Position numbers and translations under genes: made by a program. A stretch of DNA of 64,000 bases from an uncultured Paludibaculum sp. (lineage in GTDB: Bacteria; Acidobacteriota; Terriglobia; Bryobacterales; Bryobacteraceae): NCBI RefSeq assembly GCF_963665245.2, contig NZ_CAXXEY010000003.1, positions 1,083,895 to 1,147,894 of the forward strand, in the 5' to 3' direction. Below are positions 49,253-58,141 of this stretch, in pieces. Within the stretch, counting starts at the first letter, position 1. Every line of letters begins with the position of its first letter. The notes beneath the pieces were generated by a model. That model saw only the letters and a program-made list of their open reading frames with translations. It was not told the DNA's origin and did no database searches.

Positions 49253-50215
49253 ATGTCCTGGCGCGAAAGTCTGCAACAGGGGTTGGTGATTCCCGCTCAC
49301 CCGCTGTGTCTTACCAGTGAGCGGAAGCTTGACGAGCAACGGCAGCGCGGGCTTACTCGCTACTACCTGGATTCGGGTGCCGGAGGAGTGGCCGTTGGCG
49401 TTCACACCACACAGTTCGAGATCCGGGATTGCGGCCTATTGCAGCCTGTGCTGGAGTTGGCGGCGCTGGAGGCGCATGGCTCTGACGCCATCCTCGTTGC
49501 CGGAGTCTGCGGCCCCACGAGCCAGGCCTTGCGCGAGGCGGCCTTGGCCAGGGACCTCGGCTACCAGACAGGTCTGCTCAGCCTGTCGGCGATGCGCGAA
49601 GCCAGCGTGCCCGAACTCATTGATCATGTTCGTGCCGTCGCCGAAGTGATCCCTGTGTTCGGCTTCTACCTGCAGCCGGCGGTTGGTGGCCGCGTGCTGC
49701 CCCACGAGTTCTGGCAGCGCATGTGTGAGATCGACAACGTCTGTGGCATCAAGGTGGCCCCGTTCCATCGGTACCAGACGCTCGAAGTAGTACGGGCGTT
49801 GGCCGAGTCGGGCCGAGCGCATGAGATTGCGCTCTACACGGGCAACGACGATAACATCGTGGCCGACCTGCTGACGCCGTTCACTTTCGGGGGAACAACG
49901 GTCCGCTTCTCTGGTGGACTCCTGGGCCAATGGGCCGTGGGCACAAAGAGCGCTGTACAGTTGCTGCGCCGCGTCCACGAGGGCACCAACCCTTCGTTAC
50001 TTTTGGCCCTGGGCGCCCAATTAACCGACCTCAACTCGGCCCTGTTCGACGTCAGGAACCACTTCCACGGATGCATCGCCGGCATCCACGAGGTGCTGGT
50101 ACGCCAGGGACGGATGGCAGGCCGCTGGTGCCTTAACCCCCACGAAGACCTTTCTCCCGGTCAGTTACACGAAATCGACCGGGTTCTGGCCGCCTATCCG
50201 CACCTCCTGGAGTAA
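49253..50215 (+). CDS. Dihydrodipicolinate synthase/N-acetylneuraminate lyase-family aldolase
   Basis: GVHTTQF, YLQPAVGG, GIKVAPF Schiff-base Lys. Confidence 0.87.
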   Translation: MSWRESLQQGLVIPAHPLCLTSERKLDEQRQRGLTRYYLDSGAGGVAVGVHTTQFEIRDCGLLQPVLELAALEAHGSDAILVAGVCGPTSQALREAALARDLGYQTGLLSLSAMREASVPELIDHVRAVAEVIPVFGFYLQPAVGGRVLPHEFWQRMCEIDNVCGIKVAPFHRYQTLEVVRALAESGRAHEIALYTGNDDNIVADLLTPFTFGGTTVRFSGGLLGQWAVGTKSAVQLLRRVHEGTNPSLLLALGAQLTDLNSALFDVRNHFHGCIAGIHEVLVRQGRMAGRWCLNPHEDLSPGQLHEIDRVLAAYPHLLE

Positions 50216-50349
50216 GTCGTTTATTTTCAATCCGGTTACAAACGTTTCAATGCAACATTAACGCGGACCGCCAGGAGTGGCTTTACGCCTTGGTCAGGAT
50301 GGTGATATATTCTCTCCAGTCGTAAAGTCCGCTTTCAGGGAGTCCCAAG

Positions 50350-50904
50350 TTGGACACACAAATTCATACCTCAGCGCAGCAAGCTGAACTCGAGGCAGTG
50401 ATCGCCTCCGGTATCTTTGCCCGCGCACCGTCTCTCGCGCAATTCCTCTCCTATATCTGCAAGAAGCACTTCTCCGGCGAATCACACCTGATCAAAGAGA
50501 CCAACATCGCCATCGAGGCGTTGGGCCGCACGGAAGGCTTCGATCCCAAGAAAGATTCCATCGTCCGAGTCGAGGCGCACCGTCTGCGTAAGCGGCTCAG
50601 GCAGTACTACGAAGGTGAGGGCTCGACGCACGAACTGCGCATTGAGGTCCCTCTGGGCGGATACGCCCCGGCATTCATTGAGCAGGTGCTCACGCGAACA
50701 AGCGAGCACCAGACGGAGGTGGTGCTGGAGAGCGCCGCCTTGCCCGAGGTTCTGCCGCCACCCGCGCCCGTCTGGAAGTTTCAGCCACGGTGGCTGATCG
50801 CGGCGGCCATTATGCTGATCTGCTGCGGCCTGGTGCTGTTCAGCAACAGCGCGCACGGAAACGAAACGGCCGCCACGGACGCGGTTGCCTCCGCGCTGCG
50901 CTAA
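50350..50904 (+). CDS. Short paralogue of the 21.3-kb membrane regulator (cytoplasmic domain + TM only)
   Basis: FDPKKDSIVRVEAHRLRKRLRQYY..EVPLGGYAP, TM, stop about 20 aa later. Confidence 0.7.
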   Translation: MDTQIHTSAQQAELEAVIASGIFARAPSLAQFLSYICKKHFSGESHLIKETNIAIEALGRTEGFDPKKDSIVRVEAHRLRKRLRQYYEGEGSTHELRIEVPLGGYAPAFIEQVLTRTSEHQTEVVLESAALPEVLPPPAPVWKFQPRWLIAAAIMLICCGLVLFSNSAHGNETAATDAVASALR

Positions 50905-50960
50905 GACCTGTCGGAGTGCGGCGTCACCCCTGCTCCCTTTCGAGTCGAGCCGCTACTATC

Positions 50961-50984
50961 AACCATCCTGATACAATGATGGTT
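50961..50984 (+). promoter_or_regulatory. Extended -10 promoter inside an inverted repeat, upstream of hpnJ
   Basis: AACCATC-ctgatacaat-GATGGTT; TG-A-TACAAT in the spacer. Confidence 0.5.
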
Positions 50985-51015
50985 TGGGAAGTACGATCAA
51001 AACTGGTAGGGGTGA

Positions 51016-52479
51016 ATGCGCACTCTCTTTCTGAATCCTCCTTCGTTTGAAGGCTTCGACGGCGGGGCTAGTTCCCGCTGGCCGGCCACGCGCGAGATCG
51101 AATCCTATTGGTATCCTGTCTGGCTTTGTTATCCCGCCGGCTTGCTGCCCGATTCGAAGGTCGTCGACGCGCCGCCGCACAAGATCACCATCGAGCAGAC
51201 CGTCGCCATGGCGAAGGACTTTGAACTGCTTGTGCTGTTCACGTCGACGCCAGGCTTCGATGTCGATGTAAAGATGGCGCGGATGATGAAGGACGTGAAC
51301 TCGAAGCTGAAGGTCTGCTTCGTGGGACCGCCCGTCACCACCGAACCCGAGAAGGCGCTCCGCGAGTCCGCCATCGACTTTGTCGTCCGCCGCGAGTTCG
51401 ATTACCAGATCGTCAACTATGCGAAGGGCACCCCGCTGTCGGAGTTGCCCGGCGTCAGCTACCGCAAGGACGGCGAGTTTATCCACAACCCCGAGGGCGG
51501 CTACATCGAGAACCTCGACGAACTCCCCTGGGTCACCAAGGTCTACAAACGCGACCTCGACTTCCGCCGCTATAACGTCCCGTTCCTGCTGAACCCCTTC
51601 ATCTCTCTGTATACGTCACGCGGTTGCCCGGCCATGTGTACGTTCTGCCTGTGGCCGCAGACCCACTCGGGCCACCGCTGGCGTCTGCGCTCCACCGACG
51701 ACGTGGTGAACGAGGTCCGCTGGGCGAAGGAAAACTTCCCTGGTTTGAAGGAGATCTTCTTCGACGACGATACTTTCAACTACAAGGGCAAGCGGACCAT
51801 CGAGCTCTGCAAGAAACTTGCTCCGCTGGGTGTGACCTGGTCATGCACGTCGCGCGTCACGACCGACTACGACACACTGTCGGCCATGAAAGACGCGGGT
51901 GGCCGGCTGATGATTGTCGGCTACGAGTCCGGCGACCAGCAGATTCTGAAGAACATCAAGAAGGGCGCCACCATCGACATGGCGCGCCGGTTCACGAAGG
52001 ATGCCCACAAGCTCGGCCTGACCATCCACGCCGACTTCATCGTGGGCTTGCCCGGAGAGAGCCGCGAGTCGCTGCGAAACACGATCAACTTCGCCAAGGA
52101 GATCGACTGCGAGACCATCCAGGTCTCCATCGCACATCCCTATCCGGGCACCGAGTTCTACGACTACGCACAGAAGAACGACCTGATCCAGATCGGCATG
52201 TCGATGACCGACGAGACCGGACACCAGTTGCCGAATATCGTCTATCCGGGTCTGAACCGGGGCGAGCTGGTCGAATGGGTGCAGCGCTTCTACGACGAGT
52301 ATTACTACCGTCCAAAGGCCGCTTTCCGCGTGGTGAGCAAGGCCGTCATGAACGGCGACGTGAAGCGCCTCTACAAGGAAGCCCGCGAGTACCTCAACCT
52401 GCGGAGCAAGCGCAAGCAGTTCGTGGCCGACCAGCAGGAGAGCACTGCCGCAGCGGCCCGGATGGCCAACGGCGACTAG
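51016..52479 (+). CDS. hpnJ: Hopanoid biosynthesis-associated radical SAM protein HpnJ
   Basis: FEGFDGGASSRWPATREIESYWYPVWL N-terminus; SRGCPAMCTFC CxxxCxxC. Confidence 0.92.
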   Translation: MRTLFLNPPSFEGFDGGASSRWPATREIESYWYPVWLCYPAGLLPDSKVVDAPPHKITIEQTVAMAKDFELLVLFTSTPGFDVDVKMARMMKDVNSKLKVCFVGPPVTTEPEKALRESAIDFVVRREFDYQIVNYAKGTPLSELPGVSYRKDGEFIHNPEGGYIENLDELPWVTKVYKRDLDFRRYNVPFLLNPFISLYTSRGCPAMCTFCLWPQTHSGHRWRLRSTDDVVNEVRWAKENFPGLKEIFFDDDTFNYKGKRTIELCKKLAPLGVTWSCTSRVTTDYDTLSAMKDAGGRLMIVGYESGDQQILKNIKKGATIDMARRFTKDAHKLGLTIHADFIVGLPGESRESLRNTINFAKEIDCETIQVSIAHPYPGTEFYDYAQKNDLIQIGMSMTDETGHQLPNIVYPGLNRGELVEWVQRFYDEYYYRPKAAFRVVSKAVMNGDVKRLYKEAREYLNLRSKRKQFVADQQESTAAAARMANGD

Positions 52480-52487
52480 CGCCTCCC

Positions 52488-52865
52488 ATGAAACCTGCCA
52501 CCGTGCTCCTGACAGCGGCGGTGGTCGTGTTGAACGTCCTCGGCAATTTTGCGCTCGGCTGGGGCATGAAGCACGCCCCGGCCAGTGCCGGCCCCATTCT
52601 GTCGCTGCTGCAACCGTTCGTCATTTTGGGGATTGTGCTGTTGATTGCCTGGACTCTGCTCCGGATCAAGTTGCTGGGGCGTGCCGACCTCAGCTATGTG
52701 GTGCCGGTCACGGCCGTGGGCTACGTTCTCAGTGCGGTGATGGGCGCCGCGTTCTTGAATGAGCATGTCTCGCTGCAGCGCTGGAGTGGGACGCTGTTGA
52801 TCTTTGCCGGTGCCGCCTTGACCGGACTTACCCCCGCGGCCACAGACCAGGAGCCAGAACGATGA
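52488..52865 (+). CDS. SMR/EamA half-transporter (ArnE/F-like)
   Basis: Four TM helices; ADLSYVVPVTAVGYV, FLNEHVS..RW.G. Confidence 0.82.
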   Translation: MKPATVLLTAAVVVLNVLGNFALGWGMKHAPASAGPILSLLQPFVILGIVLLIAWTLLRIKLLGRADLSYVVPVTAVGYVLSAVMGAAFLNEHVSLQRWSGTLLIFAGAALTGLTPAATDQEPER

Positions 52866-53173
52866 ACACCTGGCTGCTGGTGGGCGGCGTCGTACTCTCC
52901 ACCGTCTGCGCCGACCTGCTGCAGTCGCACGGGATGAGACGCGGCGGGGCGCAGTGGAAGGTTTCGCTCTCCTTCGTCTTCCTGGCAACGTCGTTCTTCT
53001 CGTTCACACAACTGCTCCTGGTGGCCGATCTGAGCTTCGCCGTCCCGGCCACCGCGGCCAGCATCGTCATCGAGACGTTGATGGCCAAGCTCGTCCTCAA
53101 AGAGAACGTGGACGTCCGCCGCTGGGCCGGCGCCGCACTGGTGGCTGCCGGCGTGGCCCTGCTTTCGCATTGA
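52862..53173 (+). CDS. SMR/EamA half-transporter (ArnE/F-like), partner subunit
   Basis: ADLSFAVPATA, LKENVD.RRWAG; ATGA overlap. Confidence 0.82.
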   Translation: MNTWLLVGGVVLSTVCADLLQSHGMRRGGAQWKVSLSFVFLATSFFSFTQLLLVADLSFAVPATAASIVIETLMAKLVLKENVDVRRWAGAALVAAGVALLSH

Positions 53174-53186
53174 GCTGTATCGACAA

Positions 53187-54314
53187 ATGCTGCCCCTTGT
53201 CATTCTCGTTGCCGGCGCAGTCGCGGTGGCATACCAGGCCACGGCGCTGCTGGCCTCGCTGATTCACGCCGGCGTGGCGCGCCTGCGTTACCGCAAGCCG
53301 CCGTCGGCGCCCAAGCCGCCCATCTCGATCCTCAAACCCGTGAGAGGCCTGGACGAGGGCTTTGCCGGGGCGATCCGCAGTCACGCCGTGCAGGACTACC
53401 CCGAATACGAAATCCTGTTCGGTGTCCGCGATCTAGACGACCCGGCTGTGCCTGTCATCCGCGCACTCATCGCCGCGCACCCCACCCGATCGATCCGGCT
53501 CGTTCATTGTCCTGAGGATGCACCCAATGCCAAGGTGGCGATCCTGATCGAACTGGAGAAGCAGGCACAGCACGCCATTCTTCTGGTAAACGACGCCGAC
53601 ATCACGGTGCCTCGGGACTACCTGCAGCGCGTGGTGGCCCCGCTCGACGTCAGAGAGACCGGCGTCGTCACGTGCCTCTATCGAGCCACCGCATCTTCCG
53701 CGGCCGGGCAGTGGGAGGCGCTGGGCATCGCGACAGATTTCATTCCCTCCACATTGGTCGCTCCGTTGGTGGGTGTGAAGGAGTTCGGACTCGGCTCAAC
53801 CCTGTGCTTCCGCGCCGAAGATCTGAAGGCGATCGGTGGTTTCGAAGCGCTGAAGGAGTACATCGCCGACGACTACCAACTGGCCAAGCGGATTACGGCG
53901 TTGGGCCGCCGTTCGTTCCTTTCCGAGGTCGTAGTCAGCACGACGCTCTCCGATCCCGGTTGGGTCGCGGTGTGGCGGCACCAGTTGCGCTGGGCCCGCA
54001 CCATCCGCGTATCCCGGGGTGGCGGCTATCTTGGGTTGCCGGTGACACAGGCGGGGCTTTGGGCCGTCCTCAACTGCCTCGTGGGCAACTGGTCGACCGC
54101 CCTGGTCCTGCTGGTGGCCCGCATCTCGATGGGCGCGGTGGGCGGGTTTGTGGTGCTGCGGCATTGGCCAGCGCTGCTGGCCGCCCCGTTGATTCCGCTG
54201 TGGGACCTGTGGGCCTTCGTGGTCTGGTTGGCCGGCCTGATGGGCCGGAGCGTGTACTGGCGTAACAGGAAGACAGAACTTCTGCCCGACGGCCGGATGA
54301 AAGACCCGAACTGA
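53187..54314 (+). CDS. hpnI: Hopanoid-associated glycosyltransferase HpnI (GT2/GT21 ceramide glucosyltransferase-like)
   Basis: SILKPVRGLD, NAKV, NDADI, IADDY, HQLRWARTIR. Confidence 0.88.
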   Translation: MLPLVILVAGAVAVAYQATALLASLIHAGVARLRYRKPPSAPKPPISILKPVRGLDEGFAGAIRSHAVQDYPEYEILFGVRDLDDPAVPVIRALIAAHPTRSIRLVHCPEDAPNAKVAILIELEKQAQHAILLVNDADITVPRDYLQRVVAPLDVRETGVVTCLYRATASSAAGQWEALGIATDFIPSTLVAPLVGVKEFGLGSTLCFRAEDLKAIGGFEALKEYIADDYQLAKRITALGRRSFLSEVVVSTTLSDPGWVAVWRHQLRWARTIRVSRGGGYLGLPVTQAGLWAVLNCLVGNWSTALVLLVARISMGAVGGFVVLRHWPALLAAPLIPLWDLWAFVVWLAGLMGRSVYWRNRKTELLPDGRMKDPN

Positions 54315-54318
54315 GCGT

Positions 54319-55107
54319 CTATTCGCGGCAGATGCCGCGTTGGCTGCCGCGGACGAACTGGACGAGATGCAGCGTGTGCGGTGTAGGCACTTCGGTTTCG
54401 ATCCGCGTGAGCGCGTCCTCCAGCTTGAGGTTCGACCGGAACAGCAGCTTGTAAGCCGTCTTGAGGGCCGACACGTCGGCCAGCTTGAAGCCCGCGCGTT
54501 TCAGGCCAACCAGATTGAGGCCTTTCGCCGCGATGTTGAAGTCGGAGTAGAGGAAGTAGGGCGGCACGTCGCTGTTCACCCTCACATTGCCTGCGATCAT
54601 CGCCAGGCGGCCGATCTTCGAGAACTGATGGACGACCACGCCGCCGCTGATGAACGCCTGGTCCTCGACTTCCGCATAGCCGGCGATGAGCGAGCAACTG
54701 GCGATGACGATATTCGAGCCGACGATGCAGTTGTGGGCAATGTGGCCCGAGGTCATCACAAAGTTGTCGTCGCCAACGATGGTTTTGCTTTCGGGCGCCG
54801 TACCACGCGAGATGGTCCAGTGCTCCCGGATCTTGTTGCCGTTGCCGATGATGAGGTAGCTGCGCTCGCCCGTGAAGTTCTTGTCGAGCGGATCGGTGCC
54901 GAGGATGACGCCGGCGGAGAACTCGTTGCGGTCGCCGATGGTGGTCCAGCGCTTGACCAGGACGTAGGGTTCCAGCAGGCAGCCCGCCCCGATGACGACA
55001 TCCTGCTCGACGGAAACAAATTCCCCTATTCTTGTTTGCGGCCCAATGACGGCATCCGGATGGACTCGGGCCGTCGGCGCCACATAGGCCGAAGGATCAA
55101 CGGGCAT
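54319..55107 (-). CDS. lpxA: Acyl-ACP:UDP-GlcNAc O-acyltransferase
   Basis: Hexapeptide repeats; IRE..TISRGT, HIAHNC, VHQF, LNLVGLKRAGF. Confidence 0.88.
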   Translation of the reverse strand: MPVDPSAYVAPTARVHPDAVIGPQTRIGEFVSVEQDVVIGAGCLLEPYVLVKRWTTIGDRNEFSAGVILGTDPLDKNFTGERSYLIIGNGNKIREHWTISRGTAPESKTIVGDDNFVMTSGHIAHNCIVGSNIVIASCSLIAGYAEVEDQAFISGGVVVHQFSKIGRLAMIAGNVRVNSDVPPYFLYSDFNIAAKGLNLVGLKRAGFKLADVSALKTAYKLLFRSNLKLEDALTRIETEVPTPHTLHLVQFVRGSQRGICRE

Positions 55108-55153
55108 AAACTATTAATGATACAGGTCCCTCCTGGGACAAGGAGACACCCGA

Positions 55154-56134
55154 TTGCTGGTGCGTGAAATCGCGGAGCAGCTCAGCGCAACGTTTGAAGG
55201 CGACGGAGAGCGACCGATCGAAGGCGTGGCCCCGCTGGATTCAGCGGGCAGCCACCAGATCTCCTTTGTGGGGAGCCGGCGCGCCGTCCGGGACGCCCAG
55301 GCCTCCGCCGCCGGGTGTTTGATTGTCGGTCTGGATTTCGCCAACACCGGCGGACGCACGGTGATCCGGTCAAAGGACCCACGCGCGGCCTTCGCGAAGG
55401 TCATCCCCAGACTGCAGAAGCTTGAGGTGCCGGAGCCCGGCATCCATCCGACGGCCGTCATCGGCAAGGACTGCCACATTGGCGAGGGCTGCACGATCGG
55501 GCCCTATTGCGTCCTGGGCGACCGTGTGGAATTGGGCGCAAACAGCCGGCTGTACGCCCATGTAACGATCTACTCCGACGTCACCGTTGGGGCGCGTGCC
55601 CTGATCCATGCTGGAGCGGTGCTGGGCGCCGACGGCTTCGGGTTCGTTTTCGAGAACGGACACTATTCAAAGTTCCCGCAGATCGGCCGAGTAGTGATCG
55701 GCGACGATGTCGAGATCGGCGTGGGGAGTGCGGTGGACCGTGCCGCCCTGGGCGTCACCAGCATCGGCGACGGGACGAAGCTCGACAACATGGTTCACAT
55801 CGGCCACAACTGCCGCGTGGGCCGGCATGTGGTGATTGTGGCGCAGACGGGGATGGCGGGCGGCACCGTGATTGAAGACTATGCGGTGATCGGCGGCCAG
55901 GTGGGGTTGGGCGACAATGTCACCATCAAGTCTGGCGCGGTGCTGGGCTCGGGCTCCGGGGTGCTCTCTTCCAAGATTGTTCGCGGTGGAGGCGAGGTCT
56001 ATTGGGGCACGCCGGCGCGGCCGTTGAAGGAGTATCTCGAAGCGTTGGCGAACGTGGCGCGAATCCCGCAGCTCAGGCGCGAGATCGCGGAGTTGCAGGA
56101 GCGGCTGAAGGCCCTGGAGAAGAAAGAGGAGTGA
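55154..56134 (+). CDS. lpxD: UDP-3-O-acyl-glucosamine N-acyltransferase
   Basis: GADGFGF, KFPQIGRV, KLDNMVHIGHN, QTGMAG; TTG start after AGGAG. Confidence 0.93.
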   Translation: MLVREIAEQLSATFEGDGERPIEGVAPLDSAGSHQISFVGSRRAVRDAQASAAGCLIVGLDFANTGGRTVIRSKDPRAAFAKVIPRLQKLEVPEPGIHPTAVIGKDCHIGEGCTIGPYCVLGDRVELGANSRLYAHVTIYSDVTVGARALIHAGAVLGADGFGFVFENGHYSKFPQIGRVVIGDDVEIGVGSAVDRAALGVTSIGDGTKLDNMVHIGHNCRVGRHVVIVAQTGMAGGTVIEDYAVIGGQVGLGDNVTIKSGAVLGSGSGVLSSKIVRGGGEVYWGTPARPLKEYLEALANVARIPQLRREIAELQERLKALEKKEE

Positions 56135-56532
56135 GAATCATCGTCGGCGGTCTGGGGCGCAAGACCGGCAAGACCACACTCGTTTGCCGGATCATCGCGC
56201 TGTCGCCGGAACGCGCGTGGACCGCCGTCAAGATCTCGCACCACGCTCCGTTGGAAGGTACCGCGTACACGTTGCAGTCCGATGCTTCGGAAGGCGACAC
56301 GAAGCGGTTCCTGGCGTCGGGCGCCGCACGCGCCTACTGGCTGCGGGGCGACCTGATAGCGGCGTTGCCGGAACTGCGGGCCGTCCTCGCCCAATCGTCC
56401 AACTGGATAGTGGAATCCGGGCAGGCCATCCGGCACCTGGAACACGATTTTGCCCTGCTGGCCGTGGATCCGGCGAACATCGACGACGAGAAGGTACTGG
56501 GGCTACTCGACCGCGGGGAAGTGGATGGATAA
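56131..56532 (+). CDS. Small MobB-like P-loop protein coupled to lpxD
   Basis: GGLGRKTGKTT, AVKISH, DTKRFLASGA, IVESG; GTGA overlap. Confidence 0.65.
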   Translation: MRIIVGGLGRKTGKTTLVCRIIALSPERAWTAVKISHHAPLEGTAYTLQSDASEGDTKRFLASGAARAYWLRGDLIAALPELRAVLAQSSNWIVESGQAIRHLEHDFALLAVDPANIDDEKVLGLLDRGEVDG

Positions 56533-57150
56533 CGCCAGAGACTGGCCTTCGCCTCGGGCTTGCAGCCGGCCGGAGCAATGAGTGACAAAGCGCCGGACAC
56601 CGCTGCCGGGCGCGGGCGGATCGATGGCGCGCAGCAGGTCTTCCATCTCGGCCCGCACCTCTGACTGGATATCGAGCCTGACGAACGACGTTTCGTTCTC
56701 CAGATTGATGCGAATGGGATCGCGAGCCTGGGCGACGCCCCGGAAGAAAGCGATGAGGTGATGGCAAAGCGGTTGCGCAAGCTGGGCGGGCAGCAGAGCG
56801 CGGGTGAGTGAATCCGAGAGGCAGATCTCGATGTTGCGTTCCTCGTGCAGAGCCAACTCGGTGCCAATGCTGATGAAGTGATCATGCAGGGCCACGGGTA
56901 CCAACTCGGCGGCGTTCAGACGGAGAGCCAGGGCCGCGTCCTCGATGAGCCAATGGGCATGCTGGACCATCCGCCGGAGCCGCTCGCATTGCGTCTGAAT
57001 TTCCGGAGATTCCTCCGCCAGCACCATATCGAGGTAGTAGGCGATCGACTCGATCCCGCTGAGTGGCTGGCGCAGTTCATGAGCGAGATGACGGAGCAAA
57101 AGCTCCTGGTCTGCCTGCACGAGATAGGACCTGTCGATTCCGGACGCCAT
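56503..57150 (-). CDS. HisKA-domain protein with degenerate catalytic domain (phosphotransferase-like)
   Basis: LAHELRQPLSGI H-box; no N-box Asn or DxGxG recognisable; no sensor or TM. Confidence 0.7.
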   Translation of the reverse strand: MASGIDRSYLVQADQELLLRHLAHELRQPLSGIESIAYYLDMVLAEESPEIQTQCERLRRMVQHAHWLIEDAALALRLNAAELVPVALHDHFISIGTELALHEERNIEICLSDSLTRALLPAQLAQPLCHHLIAFFRGVAQARDPIRINLENETSFVRLDIQSEVRAEMEDLLRAIDPPAPGSGVRRFVTHCSGRLQARGEGQSLALSIHFPAVE

Positions 57151-57177
57151 ATTTCGGAACTCCCAAAGAATAGCACC

Positions 57178-58086
57178 TCAACGCCGGCCGGGGTGGCGGT
57201 CTTCGTGATCTTCCTTTCCTTCCAAATGCGTGAGGATCTCCACGGGCCGATCGAGGCACTTTTCCAACTCGGCCTCCAACCGCGTGGCGATGGCATGGGC
57301 TTCGCCGATGGGCAACAGATCAGGAAATAAAAGGTGCAACTCGACCAGGACACGGCCGCCGGTTTCGCGCAGACGGAACTGGTGATATTCGACGCCCGCC
57401 TCAGCGGCGAGCGTGTCCAGGCGCGCGCGGAGGAGTTGTTCCGTCTCCGGATCGGCGTAGTCGAGCAGGCCGCGGGCGCTGGTCCACATGAGCATGCCGC
57501 CGGACCACAGGATGTTCAGCGCCATGATGATGGCGCAGATGGGGTCGAAGGGCTTCCAGCCCGTCACCATTACTAGCACCAGGCCGACGATCACGCCGAG
57601 ACTGGTCCAGCAATCAGTGAAAACATGCTTGCCGTTGGCGACGAGGATGAGTGAATTGTTTTTGCGTCCGGTATGGATGAGATACCAACCCAAAGCGCCA
57701 TTCAGCAGGCCGGCGGCGAGCGTGATGAGAGTGCCCAGGCCCAGCGATTCCAACTGCAGGCCCTGCATCCATTTGTAGACTGCCGTCACGATGATGGCCA
57801 CGGCCGCGGCGGCAATCAAGGCGCCTTCGAAGCCGGCGGAGAAGAACGTGATGCGTTCGTAGCCATAGTGGAACCGGTCGGTGGCAGGCCGGCGGCTAAG
57901 CCAGAGACTGAAGGAGGCGAAGGCCACTGCGGCGAGGTGGATGATGGATTCCAGAGCGTCGGAAAAGATGGCCGACGATCCGGTGAGAAACCATGCGCCC
58001 GTCTTGGCGATCAGCATGGCCACGCCGGTCCAGAGTGAAAGCCGCATGGCGATCACTGGAGCATCGGAGCCGTTACTCTGGGGCAC
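57178..58086 (-). CDS. Cation diffusion facilitator transporter
   Basis: SDALESIIH, HYGYERI, NGKHVFTD, DPICA, EAH.IA. Confidence 0.92.
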   Translation of the reverse strand: MPQSNGSDAPVIAMRLSLWTGVAMLIAKTGAWFLTGSSAIFSDALESIIHLAAVAFASFSLWLSRRPATDRFHYGYERITFFSAGFEGALIAAAAVAIIVTAVYKWMQGLQLESLGLGTLITLAAGLLNGALGWYLIHTGRKNNSLILVANGKHVFTDCWTSLGVIVGLVLVMVTGWKPFDPICAIIMALNILWSGGMLMWTSARGLLDYADPETEQLLRARLDTLAAEAGVEYHQFRLRETGGRVLVELHLLFPDLLPIGEAHAIATRLEAELEKCLDRPVEILTHLEGKEDHEDRHPGRR

Positions 58087-58141
58087 GGACTGATTGTACT
58101 AGACGCATTCCCGCATTGCGCCCCGTAGAGGGCGAAGACGC

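Noticed and set aside
50236-50251. AAACGTTT core as a LacI-type operator
   Set aside because: Flanks do not fit a palindrome and no LacI gene is nearby
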